A stretch of DNA of 64,000 nt, from contig OZ255836.1 in assembly GCA_965277715.1 (NCBI GenBank), positions 3,008,001-3,072,000 of the forward strand. Reading direction: 5' to 3'. A program made the translations under genes and the position numbers. Source of the DNA: Gammaproteobacteria bacterium (lineage in GTDB: Bacteria > Pseudomonadota > Gammaproteobacteria > JBCCGL01). The notes below the pieces were generated by a model. The model searched no databases. It was given only the letters and a program-made list of their open reading frames with translations, and was not told the origin of the DNA. Positions 43,650 to 54,270 of the stretch are shown here, one piece after another. How positions within the stretch are numbered: the first letter of the stretch is position 1; each line of letters opens with the position of its first letter.

Positions 43650-45931
43650 TGCATAAACACCCGCTCAATATGCACGGCGAACTGATCCGCCGACATAAAA
43701 CCGACAACGCGTGAATTGGGGATCTCCTGTCCGTTACTGTCAAAAAACAAAATAGCGGGCGGGCCGAAAATACCAATATGACGCAGCAGTGCCTGATCAC
43801 GCTCGTCGTTGGGGGTAACATCGGCTTGCAGTAAAACGGTATTGGCCAAACGTTGTTTGACCACCGGATCAGAAAAGGTAAATGCCTCCATCTCTTTGCA
43901 GGAGATACACCAATCCGCATAAAAATCGAGCATAACGGCCTTATTATTGGCGCGGGATGTATCGAGCGCTGCGTTCAGCCCATCGATGCCCTTAATTTGT
44001 TGAAACGGGGTGTGGGATTCACTTACCTGGCCGCTGATTTGGCCGCTGATTTGGCCGCTGATCTGGCCACCCACCTGGCCACCACCGACCAGCCCTTTCA
44101 GTGGATGAATAAACCCTGTGCCTCCCGATGCCGCACCAACCGCCAACATCACACCGTATATAAGCAGGGCGATGCCGAGTGATTTCCACAGGGTAAACCA
44201 GCCGCTGGCAGATTCCCGCAGGGGTTCCAGGGCGCGCATATAAATAGCGCTGGCAATAATCAACAGGGCAGACAGCGCCATCGTTGCCGACAGGGGCAGG
44301 ATACGCTCCAGCATCCAGATACCCAGCGCCAACAGCATCACACCAAATACAGATTTAACAGTATCCATCCAGGCACCCGCTCTAGGCAGTAAAGTGCCCG
44401 CAGAGGTACCAATCATTAGCAGGGGAATACCCATACCAATGCTGAGCGCGAACAGCGCTGCGCCACCAAGTACGGCATCACCGGTTTCGGCGATGTAAAT
44501 CAACGCGCCGACCAGTGGCGCAGTGATGCAAGGACCAACGATCAACGCGGATAAAAAACCCATCACCATCACACCCAACAAGGTGCCACCCTGGCGCGAA
44601 TTACTCCAGCGGGTTAAGCGCGATTGCAGGCCAGCGGGCACTTGTAAATCGTAAAAACCAAACATCGATAAGGCTAACAATACAAACAGCAGCGCAAAGG
44701 ACACCAGCACCCAGGGGGTTTGAAACCATATCTGAATATTTTCACCGGACAGACCAACCGCCACCCCCGCCGCCGTGTAAGTCACGGCCATCGATAATAC
44801 ATAGACCAGTGACAAACTAAAGGCGCGGCGGGTACTGACTTTTTCACCCTGGCCGACGATGATGCTGGATAAAATCGGCACCATCGGGAACACACAAGGT
44901 GTTAGTGCCAGCAGTATGCCCAGGCCTAAAAAAGTGAGAATGGTCAGCCAGGTGTCACCACTGGCCAGCGATGCCGCGATGCGATCCTGCTCGGTGAGTG
45001 GTAACAGCGTATCCGCACTGCCAGCCGGTGCTGTTACCTGGCTGGGTGTCAGATTAACGGGGATTTGTTTTTTGATGGGCGGATAACATACACCTAAATC
45101 GGCACACCCTTGATAAGTAACATTGAGTACCGCCTCGGTGGCGGCGTTGAGATTATTCAATGGCAGTTGAGCGCGCACAAGGTGGCGGTGGACTTCGGTT
45201 TCACCAAAATAGGGGTCATCCTTGATTTTACCCGGCGAGACGATGGCCTCACCCAGGCTGACGCCACCACTGTCTTGCAGTGAAAACTGAAATTTATCGC
45301 GGTAGAGGTAATATTCGTCGGCGATAGCCCATTCGAGAGTGATTTGGTTATCCTTAAACGGCAGTATCGCCAGGGCAAATGCCTGATCGGGTTCGAGCAG
45401 ATCAGGCTCGCTGTTGGCACCACTGCCCCCCGCCAATGACAGCAACGATGACAGTGTGCCGGTAGCCTGCTGTTGTACGGGTGCAGGCAGTGAAACGGTA
45501 AAGTTTTGTTTTAGCGGCGGATAGCACACGCCAAGATCTGCACAGCCCTGCGAAATGGTTTCAAAGGTCAGGGTGTCAGCTATGCCGACACCACGACTGT
45601 ACGGCAAACGGATGCTGAGTGCCTCGCGGTGCGTTTCAACCTCACCGAAAAACTCATCGTGCTTGACCTTGCCAGCCGGGACTACGGCATCACCCAGGGT
45701 GACGCCATCGGTCATCGACTTAAAGCGGAATTTATCGTGGTACAGATAGTACCCTTCGGCAATAGCGAAATCGACTTGCAGCGTTTGCGCATCGACCACC
45801 CTGGCTGAGGCGGCGAAAGCCTGTTCTGGCGCCAGTAGCCGGTCAGCTATATCGTGGTTATCGGCAAAGGCACTGGAGGCGAATGCCAGAACCAGAGCCA
45901 GGGCAGAGATAAATTTAAAGTGTCTTTTCAT
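43646..45931 (-). CDS. dsbD: Protein-disulfide reductase DsbD with two N-terminal Ig-like domains
   Basis: Two GCADLGVCYPP domains, TPCVFPM, GPC, DFYADWCISCK; signal peptide from MKRHF (45931); upstream ORF extension runs through repeat A. Confidence 0.93.
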   Translation of the reverse strand: MKRHFKFISALALVLAFASSAFADNHDIADRLLAPEQAFAASARVVDAQTLQVDFAIAEGYYLYHDKFRFKSMTDGVTLGDAVVPAGKVKHDEFFGEVETHREALSIRLPYSRGVGIADTLTFETISQGCADLGVCYPPLKQNFTVSLPAPVQQQATGTLSSLLSLAGGSGANSEPDLLEPDQAFALAILPFKDNQITLEWAIADEYYLYRDKFQFSLQDSGGVSLGEAIVSPGKIKDDPYFGETEVHRHLVRAQLPLNNLNAATEAVLNVTYQGCADLGVCYPPIKKQIPVNLTPSQVTAPAGSADTLLPLTEQDRIAASLASGDTWLTILTFLGLGILLALTPCVFPMVPILSSIIVGQGEKVSTRRAFSLSLVYVLSMAVTYTAAGVAVGLSGENIQIWFQTPWVLVSFALLFVLLALSMFGFYDLQVPAGLQSRLTRWSNSRQGGTLLGVMVMGFLSALIVGPCITAPLVGALIYIAETGDAVLGGAALFALSIGMGIPLLMIGTSAGTLLPRAGAWMDTVKSVFGVMLLALGIWMLERILPLSATMALSALLIIASAIYMRALEPLRESASGWFTLWKSLGIALLIYGVMLAVGAASGGTGFIHPLKGLVGGGQVGGQISGQISGQISGQVSESHTPFQQIKGIDGLNAALDTSRANNKAVMLDFYADWCISCKEMEAFTFSDPVVKQRLANTVLLQADVTPNDERDQALLRHIGIFGPPAILFFDSNGQEIPNSRVVGFMSADQFAVHIERVFMH
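44028..44086 (-). repeat. In-frame 12-bp tandem repeat in the dsbD linker
   Basis: tggccgctgat(t/c) x3 plus two degenerate units; encodes GGQV-GGQI-SGQI-SGQI-SGQV. Confidence 0.85.
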
Positions 45932-45973
45932 CGTTGTTGATTGCATCACCAGGCGGTGTATCCGGTTCTGTAC

Positions 45974-46139
45974 TAGGAGCCCGTCGGGTTTAGGCGCTCG
46001 TAGCGAGGGAAAGACCGATTTGAGCCATTTTTTGCGCACTATTGAGGAGAATAGTGGTTCTATTTGACGAAATAGTGCGTAAAAAAGGGCCAAATCGGCT
46101 TTTCCGCAGTAGAGCAGTCCTGAACCCAACAGGCTCCTA
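45974..46139. mobile_element. Repeat family A, full-length palindromic MITE-like element (~166 bp)
   Basis: Ends TAGGAGCCCGTCGGGTTTAGG and CCTGAACCCAACAGGCTCCTA; imperfect palindrome throughout; TA at both ends; four further partial copies in the window. Confidence 0.85.
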
Positions 46140-46339
46140 AGTGCGTATTGCCCGTATCAGACAATAGGCCAATACAGACGTTCGACCGATTTTATACAAG
46201 TCTTACAGGCTTTACTGATGAATCGATAATGCGTTGCTGATCGGTAACCTGCTTGCATCCGGCGCGGACTTGTGATCGACTGACAAGACATTATATCAAT
46301 GTCGTCAACGCGTTTGCCTATAAAATAACGGAACGGTCT

Positions 46340-46798
46340 ATGCCCATTATTTTCTTTTTATTTGTCGCTGTACCCATTATTGAGATATGGGTATTAATCG
46401 AGATTGGATCGCAAATTGGTGTGTTTAATACAATTCTAATGGTCATCCTAACAGCGATTGTTGGCACAGCGATGTTGCGTATCCAGGGGTTATCCATCGT
46501 TGCACGGGTGCGCAGCCAGGTGGCGGCAAACCAACTGCCCACTGCAGAAATCCTCGAAGGCTTGTTTCTGTTGGTAGGGGGGGCACTCTTGCTGACACCG
46601 GGGTTTGTCACCGATGCCATTGGGTTTATGTGCCTGCTACCGCTGACACGTAACATGATGTCGCGGGGGCTGACGGCACGGTTTATTCGACGTGGACATA
46701 CAGCACGGCAGCAATCGGGTGATAACAATGTCCCCAAAAGACCTGCGGGTAGTAGGGAGACACACACCCTTGAAGGCGAATACCAGCGGGAAGATTGA
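46340..46798 (+). CDS. fxsA: FxsA family membrane protein
   Basis: PIIEIWVLIEIG, LLLTPGFVTDAIG; upstream of groES. Confidence 0.9.
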   Translation: MPIIFFLFVAVPIIEIWVLIEIGSQIGVFNTILMVILTAIVGTAMLRIQGLSIVARVRSQVAANQLPTAEILEGLFLLVGGALLLTPGFVTDAIGFMCLLPLTRNMMSRGLTARFIRRGHTARQQSGDNNVPKRPAGSRETHTLEGEYQRED

Positions 46799-46902
46799 TC
46801 GCCATTCAGTACTGTTGCTCAAGCAGACATAACGTAATGGCTGCAAAATTTCTTAAAATTACCCCCATCATTCGCTTGATTTTCAAAAACCCGCCACTAC
46901 TA

Positions 46903-46929
46903 TTAGCACTCGCATAAAGCGAGTGCTAA
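46903..46929 (+). promoter_or_regulatory. CIRCE element (HrcA operator) of groESL
   Basis: Perfect TTAGCACTC-N9-GAGTGCTAA. Confidence 0.95.
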
Positions 46930-47046
46930 CAAAGCACCCCTATTTTGTTTAACCGTAACTATTCACCGAGTAGTTTTATTTGGCTGTAGCTGCCCAGGTT
47001 CCAGAGGGTAGTTACATTTAATCTTTCCATTTAGGAGAAAGTAGTA

Positions 47047-47334
47047 ATGAACATTCGTCCGTTACATGATCGTGTGGTCATCAAACGTATGGAAGAAGAG
47101 CGCACCAGTGCTGGTGGCATCGTGATTCCTGATAGCGCAACCGAAAAACCTGCCCGTGGCAGCATCGTCGCCGTGGGTAACGGCAAAGTCGCCGAAAACG
47201 GTGATGTCCGTCCGCTCGACGTTAAAGTGGGTGATGAGGTGCTGTTTGGTAAATACTCCGGCACCGAGTTAAAAGTGGATGGCGAAGATGTGCTCGTCAT
47301 GCGCGAAGACGACATCATGGCTGTCGTTGGTTAA
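47047..47334 (+). CDS. groES: Co-chaperonin GroES
   Basis: [22 protein letters not shown]. Confidence 0.98.
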   Translation: MNIRPLHDRVVIKRMEEERTSAGGIVIPDSATEKPARGSIVAVGNGKVAENGDVRPLDVKVGDEVLFGKYSGTELKVDGEDVLVMREDDIMAVVG

Positions 47335-47383
47335 GCGTTATCCACCCGATTCCGCTTTTCGATTTAATTTTCAAACAGTTTAG

Positions 47384-49051
<1,668 letters not shown>

Positions 49052-49126
49052 TAAAAGTTTTATCGCAAGGGTGATAGCCAGGTAATCGTTTTATTACCTG
49101 CTTTCCCTAGCCAGTACCACCAGTCG

Positions 49127-49167
49127 ACCCGGTGTCAGGTTTATAACCTGGCACCGGGTTTTTTTTT
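49127..49167 (+). terminator. Rho-independent terminator of groESL
   Basis: acccggtgtcaggtt-tat-aacctggcaccgggt followed by a T run. Confidence 0.88.
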
Positions 49168-49295
49168 GCCGGTTTTTTGCTTGGTGATAAGGATGATCTA
49201 CAGCACATAAGATACGGTGGGGAAACCGACAATCCACAATAATTGTTGGTTATTGCAGGCTACAACAGGCTGAGGCTATTAAAACTGACGGTGTA

Positions 49296-49979
49296 CTAAT
49301 CAACCAAACGATTCGAAAGGCAACACTCACCTAACGGCGTTTGTAACGTAACAATTAGCTCGTCAACCTCCCCTCCATCAATAGTATCAATCACATCCAG
49401 CGCACCAATCGCTAACAGCTTAGCGCGCAAAGCGACAGCGTTGGTGCTGACCATAGCCACCCGACGCAACGCACAGCCCAGGCTGGTCATCACACGCGCC
49501 GGGTGCGTTGGCGTTTCCCATTGCAGCACCAACGGAAAAAGCCCCGAGTCAACCAACTCACCGTCCCCGGCAAAACCAACCTGCCAGCGCAGCGCATCGC
49601 GATGCATGGCTTCAATCGTGAAGGGGGCAGCAAAATCCCCGGCACACACATTACCCAGTGCCGCATGAATATCGGGTGTATTGACCGCCCACGTCAGCAA
49701 CTGCGGTCGCTGCACCAAAGCCTGCCTGATGCGTGGATTATCCAAACCAAACCAGCGTGGCCGCTGTACGGCAGGTGCCTGTGGGTCGATGGCAATAACC
49801 TCCAGGTAAATATCCTTACCTGGAGGTGTATCCAGGCGCATCACACAATTGTGTGTGCACATTTTTACGTGCTGGCCACCACGTGGCAGTGTTACGCCCA
49901 GCGTGGTTTGAGCCCAGGCCACACCCTGCTCAAGACTGGCAGCACCAATAACAATATGATCAAGTTTTGCCGGGTTCAT
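49296..49979 (-). CDS. VOC / glyoxalase-like family protein
   Basis: LDHIVIGA, GGQH..M.THN, YLEVIAIDP, RPRWFGLD. Confidence 0.82.
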   Translation of the reverse strand: MNPAKLDHIVIGAASLEQGVAWAQTTLGVTLPRGGQHVKMCTHNCVMRLDTPPGKDIYLEVIAIDPQAPAVQRPRWFGLDNPRIRQALVQRPQLLTWAVNTPDIHAALGNVCAGDFAAPFTIEAMHRDALRWQVGFAGDGELVDSGLFPLVLQWETPTHPARVMTSLGCALRRVAMVSTNAVALRAKLLAIGALDVIDTIDGGEVDELIVTLQTPLGECCLSNRLVD

Positions 49980-50198
49980 ACGCACTATTTTTAGTTGAAA
50001 GGTGACCACCATAGCAAATTTTCAAGCGATTGATACAAGCGCGACATACGTGGCGTTTTTGTTACTGGTTTCGTTTAGACAAGCCTTTGAAATTAGTTTA
50101 AAAAGCAAGACAAAACCACACGTCTTTCCTGCGTGTTACGTAGTGGGTTCCAGCCGCCGCTGGCGTTTTTTTACCTGTTTCCTGCCGGGAGCGACCCG

Positions 50199-51212
50199 AT
50201 GACAAACACCGCCTACCAACAGCCGCTCTCAGGCACTGATGCTGTGAGCGATACCCGTTACCTGGGCATCGTTTATATTTGTGTCGGTTTAGGTATCTTT
50301 GTCGCCCAGGATGTCATTATCAAACTGTTTTCAGACACATTTAGCGTGCTACAACTGCTGCTGCTACGCAGCTCGGCAGCACCGTTGATTGTGTTGTTTC
50401 TATGCTGGAACGCGGGCCGCTTACATCTTTTGGTACCGCGTGCCACGGGCATGGTGATGCTGCGCGGTAGCCTGGTATTTTTTTCTTACTCAATGTATTA
50501 CGTGGCATTGGCCTCAATGCCGCTGGCAGAAACGATTGCGGTATTTTTTATCGCCCCGTTGATCGTGGTGGCACTGTCCAGCCCCTTGTTGGGAGAGCGC
50601 GTCAGCCTCTGGCAATGGCTGGCGGTGACCGCCGGTTTTGGCGGCACCCTGTTGATGATAAAACCGGGTGGCGAAACGTTTCAACTGCCCGCACTAATGG
50701 TGGTGTTCTCCGCGTTGTTTTACGCGCTCAGTGCCATCGTTGCGCGCAAAATCAGCGTGCCGCTGGATGGCTGGAACCTCTCGTTTTACACCAACCTGGC
50801 ACCGATTCCCTTTTGCCTGATTGGGTTTGTACTGGTGGACTTTACCCAGAGCACACTGCCAGATAATCCCTCGTGGAACTTCCTCACCCTGCCGTGGGTG
50901 TGGCCTAACGCCGAGCAGGCGTGGTGGTTGCTGTTAATCGCGATTATTGGCGCGGTGGGGCACAACCTGATTGGCCAGGCGTACCGCGTTACACCAGTGA
51001 AATACGTTGCACCGTTTGAATACAGTGCCTTGGTATGGGGGGTGGTTTGTGGCTTTATTATCTGGGGTGATTTACCGGATATCGATGCGTGGATTGGTCT
51101 GTCGATTATTGTTATCAGTGGTTTGGCAGTGGTGATGCAGCCGGGCCAGGGGAAAAGCGCAGCGTTGAAATTTGCCAATCGGGGGAGTTCTAATAAGCGG
51201 GTGGGGAAGTAA
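50199..51212 (+). CDS. DMT (EamA) family transporter
   Basis: About ten TM helices, FIAPL...LS..LLGERV, APFEYS; GGGAG RBS before ATG at 50199. Confidence 0.88.
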   Translation: MTNTAYQQPLSGTDAVSDTRYLGIVYICVGLGIFVAQDVIIKLFSDTFSVLQLLLLRSSAAPLIVLFLCWNAGRLHLLVPRATGMVMLRGSLVFFSYSMYYVALASMPLAETIAVFFIAPLIVVALSSPLLGERVSLWQWLAVTAGFGGTLLMIKPGGETFQLPALMVVFSALFYALSAIVARKISVPLDGWNLSFYTNLAPIPFCLIGFVLVDFTQSTLPDNPSWNFLTLPWVWPNAEQAWWLLLIAIIGAVGHNLIGQAYRVTPVKYVAPFEYSALVWGVVCGFIIWGDLPDIDAWIGLSIIVISGLAVVMQPGQGKSAALKFANRGSSNKRVGK

Positions 51213-51294
51213 TGTGTCTGTGTGCCCGCAAGTGACACTATCTGCATGGTTTGAGTAGCTGGTACATATTTGACCCATCGCGTACTATCGCACC

Positions 51295-52191
51295 ATGCAA
51301 ATCGCCAACCCAATCTACGATGTCGTCTTCAAATACCTGATGGCCGACGAGCGCGCCGCCAAGCTGATTATTGGTGAAATCATCGGTATGGACGTCATCG
51401 ACATCGCCCTGCAACCGCAAGAGCGCCTAGCCAACCTGCCTGAAAAAAACCTCACCGTCTACCGACTCGATTTTTCCGCCAGGGTTAAAACCCGCGATGG
51501 GCAGTTCAAACAAGTCATTATTGAAATCCAGAAAGCCAAATACACCAGCGATATTATGCGTTTCCGGCGCTACCTGGGGCAGCAGTACAGTGATGAAAAA
51601 AACGTCCACGAGACTGTTTCGGCCACGGGGCACAGTACATATCAGGCGCTGCCGATTATTACCATCTACTTTTTGGGCCATACGCTCAACCACTGCACGG
51701 CATCCGTTATCAAAGTAGGCCGGATCTATACCGATGCGATTACCGGCGAAACACTGGCCGACAAAGAAGCCTTTATCGAAAGCCTGACCCACGACAGCTA
51801 TGTGGTACAAATTCCCTACCTGAAAGCCCAACGCCGCAACGACCTGGAGAAACTACTGGAAATATTCGACCAGGATCTACAGGTGGAGAACAGGCACAAG
51901 CTGTCGATTGATGAGGCGCTGTTTCCAAAGAAATACCACGTATTGATCAGGCGTTTGCAGGCGGCGATTAGCGAGCCAGAGATTATCGACACCATGCAGA
52001 TTGAAGACGAGATACTGCTGGAACTGCAAAACAAGGAACGCGAGATCGAGGCAAAAGAACAACTGGTTGAAGAACAAAGCAAAGCACTGAAAGAAAAGAA
52101 CCGGGCACTTGAGGAAAAAGATCAGGCACTCAAAGAAAAAGACAAATTAATCGACGAACTAAAAAGCCAACTCAACCGACTATCTGAATAG
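51295..52191 (+). CDS. Rpn-like PD-(D/E)XK nuclease family protein with C-terminal coiled coil
   Basis: NPIYDVVFKYL, RLDF...IIEIQK, MRFRRY; heptad-repeat tail. Confidence 0.75.
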   Translation: MQIANPIYDVVFKYLMADERAAKLIIGEIIGMDVIDIALQPQERLANLPEKNLTVYRLDFSARVKTRDGQFKQVIIEIQKAKYTSDIMRFRRYLGQQYSDEKNVHETVSATGHSTYQALPIITIYFLGHTLNHCTASVIKVGRIYTDAITGETLADKEAFIESLTHDSYVVQIPYLKAQRRNDLEKLLEIFDQDLQVENRHKLSIDEALFPKKYHVLIRRLQAAISEPEIIDTMQIEDEILLELQNKEREIEAKEQLVEEQSKALKEKNRALEEKDQALKEKDKLIDELKSQLNRLSE

Positions 52192-52332
52192 GACGCAGCG
52201 CTGAATGGCACTTCCTTAATCTATAGTGAGTTGGGCCTTTTCATTTATACCATTACCATGTGATCGGGGAGGTCAGTTAAGATTGGTTTATTAGAAATAT
52301 ACGGGAATAACGGATCGACATAAGCCGGAACT

Positions 52333-52361
52333 GATGCGGTTCGTACCTCACTACATTCTGC
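52333..52361 (-). repeat. Degenerate GTAG-type REP-like sequence
   Basis: Minus strand gcagaatgtagtgaggtacgaaccgcatc resembles a GTAG tetranucleotide plus hairpin REP layout; single copy. Confidence 0.35.
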
Positions 52362-52432
52362 AATCTTTGGGGAATCGATAGGGTGCAATGGTCATTGATT
52401 ATTGCGATCTATCAGACTACTTTCCACAGAAA

Positions 52433-52488
52433 CAGTTGCCGACGACTGTAGGGATACAGGAGCTAGAGCAACGCAGGAGCAGTTGCCG
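52433..52488 (+). repeat. Repeat family D, single 47-bp unit bounded by a 9-bp direct repeat CAGTTGCCG
   Basis: Two mismatches relative to the tandem unit at 57437. Confidence 0.9.
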
Positions 52489-52559
52489 GGGAGCGGTAGC
52501 TTCACTCTGCAAAGCGCAAAGAAAAACGCCAAAGCATCGCCAGTGAACCCCACAATACC

Positions 52560-53753
52560 CTATAAAGTATTTATACCTTTACCCGAAGCCAACGACTTCC
52601 CCGGATCAAAAAAGGGCTTAGGCACCACCGTAACCACCCGATCTCCACCATCCGCCTTTACAACCATAGAAGTCCCCAGCTCAGAATACTCAACCTCCAC
52701 CATCGCCAAAGCAATATTCTTCTCCAACCGTGGAGAGTACACAGCAGAAGTCAAGGTACCAATACGTTTTTCCCCAACCATAACCGGCCAATGTTGATCA
52801 TTAGGGCCGGGTAACGGTGCACCACCCACTTCAAACCCAACCTGGCACTGACTCACCCCCTGCGCATAAATGCGTTTCAAAGCCGCCTTGCCAATAAAAT
52901 CAGCCGCCATATCCAAATCGACCAAACGCCCCAACCCCACTTCATAAGGATTATTGTCACTGTTTATATCCGCGACATAAGACAACATCCCCCCCTCTAT
53001 ACGCCGAATAGTCGACGTGTGCCCAGGCGACAAACCCAGAGGCCCACCCACCTGCATAAGCAACTCCCACAACTGATCACCATACTGTCCATCACGCAGG
53101 TAAATTTCATACCCCAACTCACTGCTCCAACCCGTGCGGGATATAACCAATGGCATACCTTGATGCACTAATTCCCGTAAACGGAAATACCTTAACCCCC
53201 CCACCCAATCGCCAAACACTGCCCGCATAATCTCACCCGCACGTGGCCCCTGGAGCTGCAACGGAGAGACATCAGGCTCACAGATAGAGATATTAAGCCC
53301 CGCGTGTATCTGTACACCCTTGGCCCAAAGCAATACATCGCTATCGGCCAACGATAACCAAAAATGGTTTTCAGACAGTTTGAGTAATACCGGATCATTG
53401 ATAATGCCGCCGTGTGCATCGGTAATAAAAACGTATTTACACTGGCCTATCTCGCACTTTTCCAGGTTTCTCGGTGTGAGTAACTGGACAAACTGCGCCG
53501 CATCCGGCCCGGTAACTTCTACCTGCCGCTCCACGGCCACATCACACAGAATCGCCTCGTTCACCAAATTCCAGAAGTTTTGTACAGGATCGCCAAAACT
53601 ACGCGGGATATACATGTGGTTATAAACCGAATAGCCCTCGGCGCCCCAGCGCTGGGTGGCGGCGAAATAAGGTGACTTGCGGATTTGCGTACCAAACCCT
53701 GTTTGAGAGTGCCGGGAAACGACTGCGCCCGGTAATGCGGTGTTTTTTGTCAT
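52560..53753 (-). CDS. GcvT-family aminomethyltransferase (DmdA-like, THF-dependent demethylase family)
   Basis: VYNHM, DVAVERQVEVTGPDA, GGIINDPVL, SRTGWS.ELGYEIY, RRIEGG, VYSPRL; substrate not assignable. Confidence 0.82.
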   Translation of the reverse strand: MTKNTALPGAVVSRHSQTGFGTQIRKSPYFAATQRWGAEGYSVYNHMYIPRSFGDPVQNFWNLVNEAILCDVAVERQVEVTGPDAAQFVQLLTPRNLEKCEIGQCKYVFITDAHGGIINDPVLLKLSENHFWLSLADSDVLLWAKGVQIHAGLNISICEPDVSPLQLQGPRAGEIMRAVFGDWVGGLRYFRLRELVHQGMPLVISRTGWSSELGYEIYLRDGQYGDQLWELLMQVGGPLGLSPGHTSTIRRIEGGMLSYVADINSDNNPYEVGLGRLVDLDMAADFIGKAALKRIYAQGVSQCQVGFEVGGAPLPGPNDQHWPVMVGEKRIGTLTSAVYSPRLEKNIALAMVEVEYSELGTSMVVKADGGDRVVTVVPKPFFDPGKSLASGKGINTL

Positions 53754-53795
53754 AAAAAAGTACTTAGTAATAGCGCGTACGAATAATTAATCACA

Positions 53796-54236
53796 TCAAA
53801 TAACCGATACCAAAACCCCTAAGAACAAAAGCCCTGCACCAATTATTTTTTTCACTGTAACGGGGTCTTTGGGTGATTCCAAAAAACCAAAATGGCTTAT
53901 CACCATCGCCATGATTATCTGGCCAGCAATAGAGAGTATAAATAAACTCCTTGCGCCCAGTTTTGGAATAAGAAACGTGATGGCCAGTACAATAAACGCA
54001 CTGATAAAGCCGGTTAAAAATAAATGCGGGGGCACATTTTTAATATTGCCGACTGTATCAAGCTTACCCCAAATAGCAAACAACACAAAAGAGGTGAGTA
54101 GCGCCACTGTATAAAACGTTATATTTGCCGTTAAAGGTGAACCAATATGCTTTGAAACGGTACTGTTCATCGGTAGGTAAATGGCCGATATTACGCCAAT
54201 AAGCAAGGCGCCTAAAATATAGAGTGTCGTTTGCAT
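53796..54236 (-). CDS. Small DMT family exporter (YdcZ/DUF606-like)
   Basis: Five hydrophobic segments, PKLGA...IAGQ...ISHFG; AT-rich. Confidence 0.78.
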   Translation of the reverse strand: MQTTLYILGALLIGVISAIYLPMNSTVSKHIGSPLTANITFYTVALLTSFVLFAIWGKLDTVGNIKNVPPHLFLTGFISAFIVLAITFLIPKLGARSLFILSIAGQIIMAMVISHFGFLESPKDPVTVKKIIGAGLLFLGVLVSVI

Positions 54237-54270
54237 AAAACAGTCTGCGCCCGGTTTGTACGTTCATTAT

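Noticed and set aside
45932-46129. N-terminal extension of DsbD in the ORF track
   Set aside because: It runs through the MITE, and the signal peptide starts at MKRHF (45931).
52402-52797. ORFs containing DDC.DTG.RATQEQLP (also 57389-57667)
   Set aside because: These are translations of the 47-bp repeat; 47 is not a multiple of 3, and this ORF overlaps a real gene in antisense.
52560-53753. Naming the gene dmdA or gcvT
   Set aside because: Family motifs only; no gcvH/gcvP adjacent, and substrate cannot be assigned without phylogeny.
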